From assembly GCF_009914755.1 (NCBI RefSeq), contig NC_060925.1: 64,000 bases of DNA; one strand, 5' to 3'. Position numbers and translations under genes: made by a program. The notes below the pieces were generated by a model. That model was not told the DNA's origin. It worked only from the letters and a program-made list of their open reading frames with translations, and did not search any database. The DNA is from the human T2T-CHM13v2.0 reference genome, Homo sapiens. This document shows positions 36,691 to 51,161 of this stretch, one piece after another (position 1 is the stretch's first letter; the number at the start of each line of letters is the position of its first letter).

Positions 36691-39600
36691 CAACTTAGCA
36701 CTTTTTTAAAAATGTAAGATACTGATAAATGCAATGGAGAGAAATAAAGAAGAGGAGGAGACAGAGAATTCTTGGGGGGGTGGGGGTGACACAACTTTAA
36801 ATAGTGTGATCAGGAAAGGAAGACCTGAAGGAGTGAAGGAGGTAGCCATGGGTAGATCTGAGAAAAGATCACTCCAGGTGGAGACAATAGCAGATACAAA
36901 GGTCCTGAGGCAGGGATGACTGATGTCCTGGAAGCCAGTGTTGCTGGAACACAGGAGATGAGGTCAGAGAGGTAATGGGAGCAGACTGTTTGGATAGGGC
37001 TTACTCCTGGCCTTTCTGTAACCATTGATTTAATCGAACTCATCCACCGTTTGGAGAAAAAACAGGCCTGGAAAAGGGACATTTTAATAGATGCATCTTC
37101 TCTGTGTCCTTCTTTTTCTCAAGGCTGTGTACTGGGCCGGGTGACTTGGTGGTGTAGAGGAGCATAGAGATGAATGGAATACAGACTCTGTCTTCCCAGG
37201 GATCCCAATCAGGGAGGGGCACAGGCTCATGCAATCCTTTCCAGTAGAAATACATGCTGCTATGCTGATTCTAGCTCTAACAGAAATGGCAGCTGCAGTT
37301 TGAGGTGGTCGTGGAGAGAGATGGGCATGTGAATGAGCAGACTGGGACAGAGTAGCTCCTTGAAGTTGGGGGTAGGGAGTGGGTCAGACTTCAACAGACA
37401 CAGCAGGAACGACTTGCACAAGGAAACAGAACAAGTGCATGGCTGAGACTGACCCAGAATGGATGTCTGTTTGTGGTTTGGGGGAGGCAACTTGAGAGTA
37501 TGGGGTCAGAAAGTCCTGGGTTCTGAGCCTGGCTCAGCCTTGACATTTGAGACCAATGTGGGCCACGTGTCTTTACCTCTTTGAGTCTCTCTGGCCTCAA
37601 TTTCCCCATCTTTTCCATGGGATTAATCCCTACTCTGAATATTGACTATGAAAATTAATGAAGTAATGCACGGTCGTGTGTCTACAAGCCCAGGGGTTGG
37701 CATGTGGTAAATGCTCAGGAAGGGAACTTTGCATCACCCCCAGCATAATTTGATCTGTTTTTCTCCCCACGTACAACACCACTTTCTGCCTTCATGGAAG
37801 CTACTATGGGCAAGCTGCCACCCAAAGGTCCCACATAACAATTCGCAAAGCCCAATCCCGTTGGCCAATTGAGCTCCATATTTCAACTACACCCTGAAAG
37901 TGGCATTATTATTATTATTGCCCCATTTCATGGGTTAGGGGAGGTGGGAGGAGGGTAGCGTCATCCTTGAAGGAGCCAGGACTTCTCTGTGTTTTTTTCT
38001 TCTTTATTATGTTGACCTTCATGGCTGGGCCAAGGACACAGACCACTGAGGAGCTCTAGGAGCCAAAGGGAGCTGCTGAGTAGAGCCTGGAGCTGGGGAA
38101 GCTGTCCTAACCCCATCCACATGGAGGGGTCCTTGGTGACAGTGGTCATTTGGCCCTGCCCCTTCTGCCCCGCCTGGGCTCCCAGTTTGGCCATGCCCCA
38201 GCCCTACCCTCTGGGCTCAGCCTGGTGTGCTCTGCCTGGCCTAGAATAACCAATCAGCAGGGACCCCCTTCTAATTTCATTTAGGTTGCTGGGGATGGGG
38301 GTAGGTTCACACATACAGGTTAATGCTTTCTCTGCCAAGGATGGAACATTTCTGAGGCAAGTTCTTTGTTCTTTTGATCATTCATTCTTTCAATAAGCCC
38401 TTCCGTAGGTCTCTTTGGCACCGTTCCCTGGGTTGACACTGGGGATAAAGAGGCAAGTTAGACCTAGCCCTTGACCTGGACCACCGCCTCTGAGGAGGCA
38501 GACGCAGAGACCCATAATCACCAGCTGTGCTGGAGGGCTGTGAGAAAAAAACAAAGCCCAGGGTACGCAGAGATGAATTCTAGGCCAAGAAACGTTCCTC
38601 TCAGTCAGCATGGTCATTCATTTGTTCATTCAGCCAACACACTGACACCTGCTGGGCTCTGTGGGCCTGGGCCCTGGGGAGGCAGAGATGACTCAGACCA
38701 TTTTTAAATTTTTTAAAAATCTCAGACCTTGAGGTGGTGGAGGATGGGCAGACACACTGAACTCTGAAATAGGTCATTAAAAAGAGAGTGGTAGGAAATT
38801 GGGGGTGGGATGGTGCAACCACTTTCCTGGGGAGGAGGGTTAGAGTAGTGGGCAGTGGGACAGCTTCTAGGACTTAGGCCTTGAAGAAGGGAAAGCCTTT
38901 AGCTACTTGGAGCTATGATGATGGGCTCCAGGGGAGCCACATTTACCACCTGCCGGGTGTCCTGGATAATTCTTATTTAAAAAATTAGGGTTTTAGTTGA
39001 ATGGATATATCAATTATTGTCTGACTTTTGTGTTTATTATGTAATACTCTTTTCACTAAAGGTATTATGTGTTCAAACTTCCTAACATTTGATTACTTTG
39101 ATCAAACTTTTTGGAAGAAGAAATTAAATAAGAATAGGCCATTTTTTAGACCACATGTTCTGATTTCTGATTCAGAAGCATCATTTCTATACTTATATCC
39201 ACACAGCCAGGGTCTAGTTTGACCCCTTCGCCCAACCACAATGTGTCTCAGGAAAGATTCTGTCCTCAGTCATCTCCCCTGAAGCAAGGTAGAGGTAGGG
39301 TGGGGGTGGATAAGAAAAGAGCCCTCACCAGGTAGATGGCTGGGTGGAGTTAGCATTTGAAGCTTGGAATGACCCAGGCCTCAAGAAAGTTCAAGGATCA
39401 GGGTGTCTTGGCTATATTCATGGTTAAGGACAAGGGATTTTGAATCAGCTGCAGCTGGGTTTAGTCCATTGTCAGATACATATGTCTGGACAAGACAATT
39501 AACTAATGTACCTATGCCTTGTGCAATTTCTGTAGGATTATTGGCAACATTATATGAGATAATGCCCTGTATCTGGCATTTAGTGAAGACTCGAGGAAAG

Positions 39601-40470
39601 GTGACTGATAAATTAATGGTAGTAGTTGGAGGACCTCAAGTCTGCAATGGATATGACTTTTGAAGCCAGAACCCTCACAGCCTCTGAGATCCTGTTACCA
39701 CCAGGACTGTCATCCAGCTCTCCCTCCCCACTTACAATTCACACCCATCTGAGCAGGTGTGATCAGGGGCCAGAAGCTGAAGTGCTCAAAAATCCTAATA
39801 ACACACTGAATGAAGACAATGTCAGCCCTGGGGCTGCCATGTGAGGATCTGAGCCTGCCCCCACCCCATCCCCCCTAAAGCAAGCAGCACCTATTTGGCT
39901 ATCACTTCAGAAAAGACCTAGAGCTCTGCTTCCTGCCCAGGGTCCCTGCCCCTTTAAAAGACTCTGTCTTCTCATCTTCATTCTGCTGGTTCTATCCATT
40001 ACCCCTGAATGGAAATTGAAGCTTAATTTTTCTTGCTTGAAGCCATTAACACTCTGGGCCCTTGACAGGAAACACAGCTCAGCTTTAATTAGCCACAGCA
40101 AGCTCCCTGCATAAGCTTCTAGCACAGCCCAGGGACTTCAAAGATAAAGACTTCTCCATTCTTGCTAATCACAGCTATTAATGAGCCAATTAAGGCTGAC
40201 TGGGGCCAGGGCAGGCAGCTCTCTTAGTACCTTAGGCAGACAGCTCTGTCCTGTTGCTGGGAAGCTCCTCCCCCTACAAAGCTAGAGTCTGGTGTCCTTG
40301 GGAGCAGAATGACAGGGATTTGATGTCCCCTCTGGGTTGGGACCCCAGCTCTGCAGCTTATCTGCTGTGAGTCCTAGGACTGAACAAATGTCCTTTCTGA
40401 GATGCTTTCTACAACAAAAAATAATAATGCTATTTTCATGAGAAGCTAGTATTATAAGGGGAGTATAGGT

Positions 40471-40658
40471 CAGAGGTTCTCAAACTTGAGCGTGCTTCAG
40501 AACCACCCTGAGGCCTCATTAAAACTCTTGACTGGGCTCTACCCTGACTTTCTGACTCAGGTGTTCTGGGAGGCGTGGTGTGCAAGAATTTGCATTTTTA
40601 ACTTGTTCCCAGATGATGGTGATGATGGTAGTTCAGGGACCACATTTGAGAAGCCCTA
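40471..40658. mobile_element. MER5A, near full length
   Basis: Terminal inverted repeats cagaggttctcaaa / tttgagaagcccta; gaatttgcatttttaacttgttcccag. Confidence 0.8.
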
Positions 40659-41919
40659 CTCCAGACTACATAAGGGGTTGTACAAATGTGAGCTATTACT
40701 TAAAGATTTTGATTGTATTTCCCTCAATAAGTGTCTCCCCGCCACTTTCCTTAACCTATGTCTCCTATGGCAATTTCTAGGAGCTTCCCATCTGGGCTAT
40801 CAATACTTGGACACCCCAGCATTTGTCACTGTGGTGCCCTGATAGTGTATAATACTCCAGGTACGCTCAGTCCTAGGCAGAAATTGGCAGGACCACTTCT
40901 TTGCCCAATCTTGGTACCAAGATTCCAAATCCTGACATTGACATCTTAAGTCTCCAGCATCTTCTCTGGAAGGACAAATGCATTGGGACCTCTGATTCCA
41001 GAGAAAGCAGAGAGCATGGAGCCTTTAGAAGTCTTTTTTTCGGAAATGAACTGCATGGTGGAGGCTGGGAAGGTGGAAATGTGCAGAAAGGAAGATATTC
41101 ATTGCTGGAGGCCATGCTTCTTTCACCTGAGCATTACAGTGTGGGGAACATAAGCAATGGGATGGTGGTAGGACAATGCATGTGGTTTAGGGGGGATTGA
41201 TTAGAATTTTCTACTGATGGCCTAACTAATGTCTAACTAAAGTCCTTCCTGCTGCATTCTGCTGTTTCCTTAGGCAACAGGGACACGTACTCATATTTAT
41301 TTCAACTACTGGCTCCTGCTTGCAACACCTGATAGCATGACTCAGAGTCACACTGAGCTTCTGGCTTTAAAGACAGGCTTTTGTGGTCAAAGAAGACAAC
41401 AGTTCATGGACTTAAGATGTTGAGTTTCAGCTGAGGCTGTCTTCTCCTGGTCCTGACCCCTCATGCTGCTCACTCTCAACTCTGTGCCTTTTCTCTGTTG
41501 CACCACCTCACATACCCTTCTTCCTACTCCCTCTTATTCACGTCTCATTCAGCTTTCACCACCCACCTCAGATTTCTCAGAGAGCTTGTTCCTGAATACT
41601 GCCATTTTGATGATCTTTGCTTTATAGATAGCGTATCTCAAAGTGTGTGCCCAGGGGCTTTGGAGGATGTTATTATAGAAGCTATAATGCAACTGAGGTG
41701 TCCCTCAGGAATGTTAGGCTAGGTAAAGTTAGTCTGGTGTCTTCTCTGCAGGACTTCTCAGAGCCTCGAATATGCGACTGTGGTTTGGGAAACTTAAGAG
41801 AAATGCTTAACAAGCAGCATTTTCTAAACACGTCACCACAGTATGCATAATGTACTCTTTTTCCCACAGAGGATCTTGCTTTGATGTGGAGGAAGTAGGC
41901 CCTGAAGGACAGATGACTT

Positions 41920-42110
41920 TAGAAAAGCTTCATAGTCCAGCCAACTTGGGTTCCAATTCCAGAACTTATCTCTTTGAGCCTATCCTTTCATCTGTAAAAT
42001 TGAGATAGTGGCCCTTACATTGGACAGCTGTTGCAAGATTTACGTGAGATGACATGAGAAGTGCCTAGCCCGGAGTGAGGTATACAGTAGGGGCTCAATA
42101 AGTGTGTAAT
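41920..42110 (+). mobile_element. MIR
   Basis: ttcatctgtaaaattgagatag...ctcaataagtgt. Confidence 0.6.
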
Positions 42111-43875
42111 TTCTCCTCCTCCTTTTGCCTTTGCTAGTGGACTTTTACAATCTGAATCAAGAATGAACTGTACAAAACAGGATGTGTTGCACGTACTTGG
42201 CATATGAGAGTGAAGCCACAGTCAGGTGCACAGGGTTGGAGGAGTAAGAGCTCGTAAGTGACCAGTGCAGTCCAAGCAGGCTTCCTGGAGGAGGCGAGTC
42301 TTTGCTGGGTCAGATTCCAAAGATTAGTTCTCCAACAAAATCCTGGGATGGGGGAGGTGGGGAGATTTGAGAACTGCATCTCTCTGTGAGCAAGCTATGG
42401 CAAGAATCCTTCTCTTTATTTTCCTTTTCCACTCTGGAGGCCTACTTCCCCACCAAATCCAGCTGATGCAGCACTTGCCTTCCCCTCCCACAGCCTGAAC
42501 TTAGCCAACATCTCAAGTTCGCAAGGTGTGAACCTCAGAGTAGGGCCCTCCTGGCTTGTGAAAATTCGCTTAGCAAAGCCTCTCTGGCTGCCTTCTGTGC
42601 TAGTGCCCTCTGGAAGCTCTAGGCAAACAGGTCACCAGACCCAAACAATCTGGGATGCTGCCTTGGGGCCTACTTACCCTAACCTTGTCCATAGGTTGAG
42701 GGGGAAGAGATAGTTTTGTAGATTTTCTCTCTGAGACTCTTTATCACCTCCTGCTCCCTGGCCCCCAGCAACCAACCATTTCAGGAAACCTCACTTTGAA
42801 CCAGGCACATCTGCTCCAAGGTCCTTTAATCTCTGTAATATACCTAAAACAAGCATTAAAATTCCCATTTTATAGATGAGAAAACAAAGGCTCAGTTAGC
42901 TTGAAAACAAGCCTGTTTGGTCCAAAGTCCAAGTTTTCTCCACTGATGCTATGAAGCCCTGGATTTCCCTTAGTGCCTTTTCTAGTTAATCTGGCATGTC
43001 ACCACCTCCAGAAAGCCTTCCTAGTCATCACTCAAGGCCATGCTCATATCCCCTTCTCCTGAGTGTCTGCAATTGGAACCACATTGCGCACTTTCCTTTA
43101 ATCCATATTTCTGGGCAGAAAAGGACTGAGTTAATGTTCTGCCACTGTATCCTAGTGCTTGGAACAGCACACATATTAATCTTCATGGAGAGAAGGAATA
43201 AAGAGGTATGATTTTTGAGACTACATGGACATATCATGTACTTTGCATCCCTGTCAGTCCTGAGTCACTCAGTATCTTTCACACTGTCCACAATTCTTCA
43301 CCCTCCTCTTACACCACACATGGGTGTTTCCGGGCTGGGCTCACAGGTACTCACTGACTCGACTTTGTAACACGTCACCTGGTTTACCCTCCTGCACATC
43401 GGTTTGCTTCTCAGGTTTCGTCAAGGCCTCCAAATATTCATGAGCAGACCCCTGTGGCTAGACCCACTCAGGAGGGGCCCCGTAAGATCTCGGCTCCAAT
43501 TCTCTACTCATGAACTAGCTGCAGTTCAGCATGCCCGCCTCAGACCCACCACCGGCCAAAACTCCCTTCAGTGATTAGCGGAGGTGGCAGGGAAATTATG
43601 AAAACCATGTGACAGGTAAATGGCTGTTTCTGCAACTTTCTTAAGTTTCAAAGGGATAACAGAATGCTTTGCTCCAGCATGTGGGCTGGGAATTCAGGCT
43701 TTGCAAGTGCTTTCCAGAACACACAGGGAAGAGCAGACCTACCAGGATTCTGCGTTTCCCTTTAGTGGAGTACAGCTGGGCCTCTCTGCCTGAGGGACTG
43801 AGCCTGTTCATAGAATGGGCTTCATGCAAACACGATGGCTTTGTTCCCCTGTGTGAAGATGAGACATGCAAGTGA

Positions 43876-44240
<365 letters not shown>

Positions 44241-44443
44241 AATCTGACTCTTCACCATTCACATCACTACCTCCCAGGTCCAAGCCACTGTTGTCTCTTG
44301 CCTAGTCTGCTGCAGTGGGCTCCTAACTGGCCTCCCTGCTTCCAGCCTTTCCTACTACAAACCATTCTCTACGCAGCAGCCATGGCATCTTCTTGCCATT
44401 ATAAATCAGATCATGTCCCTCCTATGCTTAAAACCCTCAAACA

Positions 44444-44531
44444 GATCACTCAAGCCCAGGAGTTGGAGGCTGCAGTGAGCTATTGTCGTGGTACTGCACT
44501 TTAGCCTGGGCAACAGAGCAAGATTTTGTCC

Positions 44532-44569
<38 letters not shown>
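44444..44569 (+). mobile_element. 5'-truncated AluJ/FLAM-like monomer with A36 tail
   Basis: gcccaggagttggaggctgcagtgagcta; TSD aaaaccctcaaacag/aaaactctcaaatag. Confidence 0.85.
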
Positions 44570-44574
<5 letters not shown>

Positions 44575-45729
44575 AAATAGCTTCCAATTACAATCTTTAC
44601 CATGTCTTAAATCACCACTCTTGCCTGTCTTCCTATTGCCACATCTTCCACTCTGTCTTGTTCTCCATGATCCAGCCACAGTAGCCACTTTCCTGTTCCT
44701 TGAACAATCTAACCTTAGTCTGTCACTTTTGTCTTTGTACTCCCCTGGAAGGCTTCTTCCAGATCCTCTCAGGGCTGGCTGCTTTCATAATTCAAGCTCA
44801 AATATCACTTCTTGGAGAGGTCTTCACTGACCATTCTACAGAGTAGCCTCTGTTATATCTGCTGTTCTATCGTTTTCACACTAATCATCTCTATACCAAG
44901 AAATTTTGTGTATTTGCTTCCGTATTTCTTTTCTGGTGTCTCCAGCTACAATCGAAGCTCAGTGATGGCAGAGATGATGTTGACTCTCTTTGCTGATATA
45001 TCCCCAGTGCCTCTAGCACTCCTGGTGCTGAACACTTGATAGATAAATATCTTTGAATGATTGCATGGAGTGGCATCTCAGCATACAAAACTTTATGGGA
45101 GAAGGCCTTTGTGGGCTTTCTGGGTGAGCCATAAATGATGGGTAGGATTTGCATAGGCGGAGAGAATCAGAGCAGGTATCCCAGGAAGCAGGCTTGGCAG
45201 GGAGCGTGAGTTGAAGGATTGGAAGGAGAGAAGAGTACAAAAGAGAGCACCGCAGCAGCAGGGAGGCTGAGTGCCCAGCAGAGACAGAGATAAAGTTAGT
45301 TCTGCACCTAGGCCAGAGGCAGGGGTGGGGGACACAGGTGGTGGGGAAGGGGCAGGCTCTGGATGCCCTTGAAGGCCAGACAGGAAAGCTCCTTGTACCT
45401 TTTCCCTCTGCCCCCTGCCCACCTCTGCACGGTTTCCAAATCCATTCCCTGCATCTTTCTTTTTTGTAGGCATATGGTATTATTTCCAATTGAAAATGTA
45501 GATGGGAGTCACAGGAATGTATAGAGTCACATAATAAATGGAAATGAAGCTCACCTCTGCTTAGGCTGAGCAATGTACTTGCCAATAAGGGGTCCTTGCC
45601 AATACGGCTCACATAGAGAAGCCAGGGCAGGATTTGTCTGGATGGGTAGGAATAGCAAGTCATAGAATCTTTGCCCACAAATGGGCTTAAATGGAATCCA
45701 GCTACAGAATCCTTGAGTCACACACTTTC

Positions 45730-45980
45730 AGAACACAGTGCTCTACAGACTCGCAGAGGCCATCTGGTCCAACCTCCTATGCCCTTTGGCCTCTTGTCCA
45801 AAAGGCCATCAGTTGCTCCTGGCACACCTCCAGTGATGGAAAGCTCCCTGCTCATGTCACCGAATGGCCCTGACTCTCAGAAAGCCTTCCTTTTCTTCAT
45901 ATGGAAATGGATCTAGTTTCCCTAGAATTCTTCTCCCCAGACTTCTCTCTGTTTCTGGGGCTGCCCACTCTGCCCCCAGG
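45730..45980 (-). mobile_element. L3/CR1 fragment
   Basis: gaggccatctggtccaacct...cacctccagtgatggaaagctcc...agaaagccttcctt. Confidence 0.5.
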
Positions 45981-46214
45981 CAGCATGGTGGACATATAAT
46001 GGCAGCTGTCACATCCTCCAGGGCTTTCTGGCCAGACCCACACTCTGGGCCTTCCACTGCCTCCTCAGTGTGGCTTCTGGGCCCTCCCCATGCTGAGCAC
46101 CTCCTCCAGGCTTGCCCTCCTCATCATCACTCTGCTTCCATTACTTTGAGGAACATCTTCAAAGCAGGGTGCCAGGTACCCCTGGAGGCAACTCCTACTT
46201 CGAGACCACACACA

Positions 46215-47407
<1,193 letters not shown>

Positions 47408-47811
47408 TAAAAACAATTTTTTTTAAAAGGCCACACATATCTACCCTCTGTTTCTTGCCAAACATCAGTCAAACACCAGGCATTCATAAGGTGCCTACTA
47501 AGTACAGAGCCTGTCTTAACACACTGTGGGCTGATGTGACTAGCAGTAGGGACTGCCCCTGTTTACACTCACAATAATAACCAAGCACTAGCTTAAGCAA
47601 TTAACAAGCATTCCTTTATGTAATCCACACAGATTTCTCAAGTAACTATCATTGTACCAATTTGATAAATGGAACTGAGGCGAAGTAGCTTGCTTAAGAT
47701 TACATAGATGAGCTCAGGATTTAAATGTGAATGTCTCATTCTAGAGGTTAGGTTTTTAATCATTATACTTGCCTATTTCTTGAAATAAACATGGGAAATG
47801 CTTAAGAGCAA

Positions 47812-47859
47812 ACACACACACACACGCATGCACACACACATGCGCGCGCACACACACAC
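47812..47859. repeat. 48-bp alternating purine-pyrimidine tract (CA)n with an embedded TGCGCGCGCA
   Basis: Direct reading. Confidence 0.9.
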
Positions 47860-49019
47860 CCCTGAGATGGTTCAATGGGTGAAATGTGTGCAAAGGTTTC
47901 TTATAAAAGGGAGTGGCCATAACCCCACGAGTGGACAACTCTTCTCTCTCATCGGCTGCTCTTTCCTCAGTGAGTATTTGTTGAATGGTGCCTGTTGAAT
48001 GACCATGGGTGTGTCCTGAAATCAGATTTCCTGAAGGAGGTGGCCTTTCAGCTGGGTCCCTTGGTTTGGGGAGAAGAAAGGAAAGAGCAGCTCAACCTGG
48101 ACTTTGTCTGGAAGCCTGGGCTGACCTCCAGGCTGGGCTTTCAGAAGCCTGTGTCCGTGTGCCCTCCTTCATCCCCAGGATTCCTTGTTGATGGAACCTA
48201 CAGCATCATGGGCTGAGCTTGTCAGTTCCCTGCCCAGCTAGATGGGCATTGCTGGCAGTTAGGGCCCTGTCTAATCCTCTCTGTGCCCAATGCCCAGCTG
48301 GGGGCTGGCACAGAGTTGGTGCTCTGTAATTTCTCATGGAACAGAAGAACAAAGTGGGGGTTGGAGAAACTCTACAGAAGAGTTCAGCTATGAGGAGCTC
48401 TTGTTCAATTCTCCTTATTTCCCTATAATTAGAACAAATTCCCTGTTAGCTCAGTTTCCATTCCCAAAGATGGGAGGAATTCAGGAAACTTCTCCCAAGA
48501 TGCCGAGCCCCATTCTCAGTCTGACTGTCTAGACATATGACCCCCAGGCTGCCCTTGGCATGATCTTGCGCAGAGCTGGTGGGGGCTGCAGCAGCAGCTG
48601 GGGCACATTACGTCTGGGGCTGGCAAGGCATCCGTTCTGGGCTGAGGAGTCCTCATCTTGGAGAAAAGCAGCCCTGACTAAATGGCTGAGGCACATACCT
48701 GGCTGGCAGTTGCTTGTGCACATGAAGGCTGGGCTACTGCTGCGATGCACAACCCCACGGGGCATAATTCACATAGAATACAGAGTGGACGGTGTTCCCT
48801 GGAGTTGTGTATTGCTGCCGTACCGGGCAGAAGCGAGGCTGCTGGGGACAAGCCTATCATTGGGGCCATCCCAGCTATATGTGAGCCTGATGTCCTCAGA
48901 GCTCCATTGCCTGCCCAGGATCCCTCTGTTCTGTGGCCTTGGATCTCCCACTGTTTGCACTGCATGTTACTTGGATTGAACTTCTCTTGCCTCCAAGTGA
49001 ACAATCCAGAGTTATGAAG

Positions 49020-49240
49020 GAGTACAGGACAGACCAGAATCCAGACCTCAATGATCCACTTCTTAGCTGTGTGACCCTGGAAAAATTACTTGGCCTCTTG
49101 GAGTTTCAATCTTCTTAGTAAATTGCAGATAATAGAACCTACCTTCAGAGTTCTTAGAAGTATTAAATGAAATAATATTAATAAAGTGCTTCGAACAGTG
49201 CCTGGCACATAATAAGTTTTATATAAATGTTGGTTAAATG
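49020..49240 (+). mobile_element. MIR
   Basis: cttagctgtgtgaccctgg...attaaatgaaataat...acagtgcctggcacataataag. Confidence 0.75.
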
Positions 49241-50679
49241 AATGCAAATTTATGTAAGTAAGTCAAGTTCAATCCTAGAACTTGGGAGGTGGTAGAAAAA
49301 TGATTGCGGGATAAGTGAATAAATGAAACCTGGATCTGCATTCTAAGCTTACCAGGAACATGTGATGTGGCTTTGGGTAAGTCCTGTGCCCTCTCTGTGA
49401 CTTCCTTACCCATTTGTACAACTGGAGTCTGTGACAAAATAATCCTGAAAGTCTCTTCCAGTTTGAAATGCTACAACACAAAAGTTTGTAACACTAGATC
49501 CACCATCCTCCTTCAGTAAGCTCTAGTCTTGATCTAGTTCATTCCCAGCTACCCTCTGATGCACAGGCCTGCAGCCTAGAAGATCTGGGCCTTCTGTGCT
49601 GCATAACTCAGGCCCTATGCACATGACTGGGCCAGGGACTATAATGACAGATCAGTTCTGGAAAACAATAAGGCCAGCAGAGTGCTCCAGAAGGTCTACC
49701 ACTGAAGTGGCCTCAGGGGAGAATTGAGAGAAAAGGGCAGTGGAAAGCTGGCATTGGAGGTTTCTTGATCCTGGGGAATTTAGAGCCACTGCAAAGTGAA
49801 TTATTCAAAAATAGGAATTTGCTTCTCCTCCCAGCCTCAATAGACTGCCTCTGCAGAGAGAGAGGTTTTGGCTTAATTTGGCCAAGCTCACAGTTGAACA
49901 CATTCCTCTTTTGGAACTAGTCTGGTTGGTGGATGGAGGGCTCAGAACTAGTCTGATAGGGGGATGGAGGTGTTATGGGAGAAATTAGAAGATGGTCTCT
50001 TCAGGTGTCCCCTACACGGACATAGAATGTGCCAAATAAATGTGGAGGGGGTATCCTTGATCATCATATGGCGTTTGTGGCTTAGTAGGCCTCAGAGTTG
50101 TCTTGTGTGGTCCTTTTAGATGGAGAAACTGAATCCCATGGAGGAAAAAGACCAGCTCAAGGTCATTCTGGAGCAAACTAAGTTTATGTCAGAGCCAAGG
50201 CTAAGATCTGGGTCTCCTGACCCTAAAGTTCACTGATTCCTACTTCTTTAGACATGCAGCTTCTGCACCAGCCACAATCAGCATAAACTAGTGCAATGAA
50301 CAATTTTACATGCTGATATTTATTCAATACTCACTTACTAAGCCTTTGCATGTGCAGGTTGTGAACCAGGCATAGTCATGGACAAGGGTAATGCTTGAGA
50401 TGGGACAGAGATGAACCAGCTGCTTGACCTCCAGCTGCTTAGGCAAGAACATTAGCAGCCTGAGAATAGATGCTTTCAAAGGAAAGAGCAGGGGGAGGGA
50501 TGCACATCTGGCTAGAAGGGGGAGGGGGCAGAGGGCTGGGAATTGGAAAGCCTCTCTTGTTTTCTATTTTCTCATTCTCATTTGTCTTATATCCTCTCCT
50601 TGTGTAAAAGAGGGATTAAGTCTCTCTCATTAGCCTGGGAGCTCCCTCTAACTGGCTATCTGATTCAGCCTCTCCTCTG

Positions 50680-51161
50680 CCAACCTCCAGCATGTCCTCC
50701 CATTGAGTCTCCAGCCTCCAGCATGCCCTCCCATTGAGAACCAAGTTTCAGCATGCCCTCCCATTGAGAACCAACCTCCAGCATGCCCTCCCATTGAGTC
50801 TCAGCCTCCAGCATGTCCTCCCACTGAGTCTCCAACTTCTAGCCTATCCTCCCATTGAGTCTCCAGGCTCCAGCATGTCCTCCCACTGAGTCTTCAACCT
50901 CTAGCATATCCTCCCATTGAGTCTCCAGCCTCCAGCATGCCCACCCATTGAGTCTCCAACCTCTACCATGTCCTCCCATTGAGTGTCCAGCCTGTAGCAT
51001 GCCTTCTCATTGAGTCTCCAAGGTTTAGCATGAGCTTCTATTGAGCCTCTAGCCTCCAGCATGCCTCCCCATTGAGCTTCTAGCCTCCAGCATGCCCTCC
51101 CATGCAGTCTCCAATAGATGGCCTCCCATTCAGTCCCCAACAGCAGGACTTCTCAATGAGT
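50680..51161. repeat. Minisatellite, 30-31-bp unit CCARCCTCYAGCATGYCCTCCCATTGAGTCT, 14 clear plus ~2 degenerate copies
   Basis: Head-to-tail units read directly; no spacers. Confidence 0.95.

Noticed and set aside
38920-39230. AT-rich block that might be an old DNA transposon
   Set aside because: Could not identify terminal inverted repeats or a family with confidence
45013-45678. 221-aa minus-strand ORF
   Set aside because: No domain similarity or splice-supported structure; ends in L2 sequence; consistent with chance
50680-51161. CRISPR-like array (30-31-bp repeats)
   Set aside because: Units are head-to-tail with no unique spacers, there are no cas genes, and the context is mammalian
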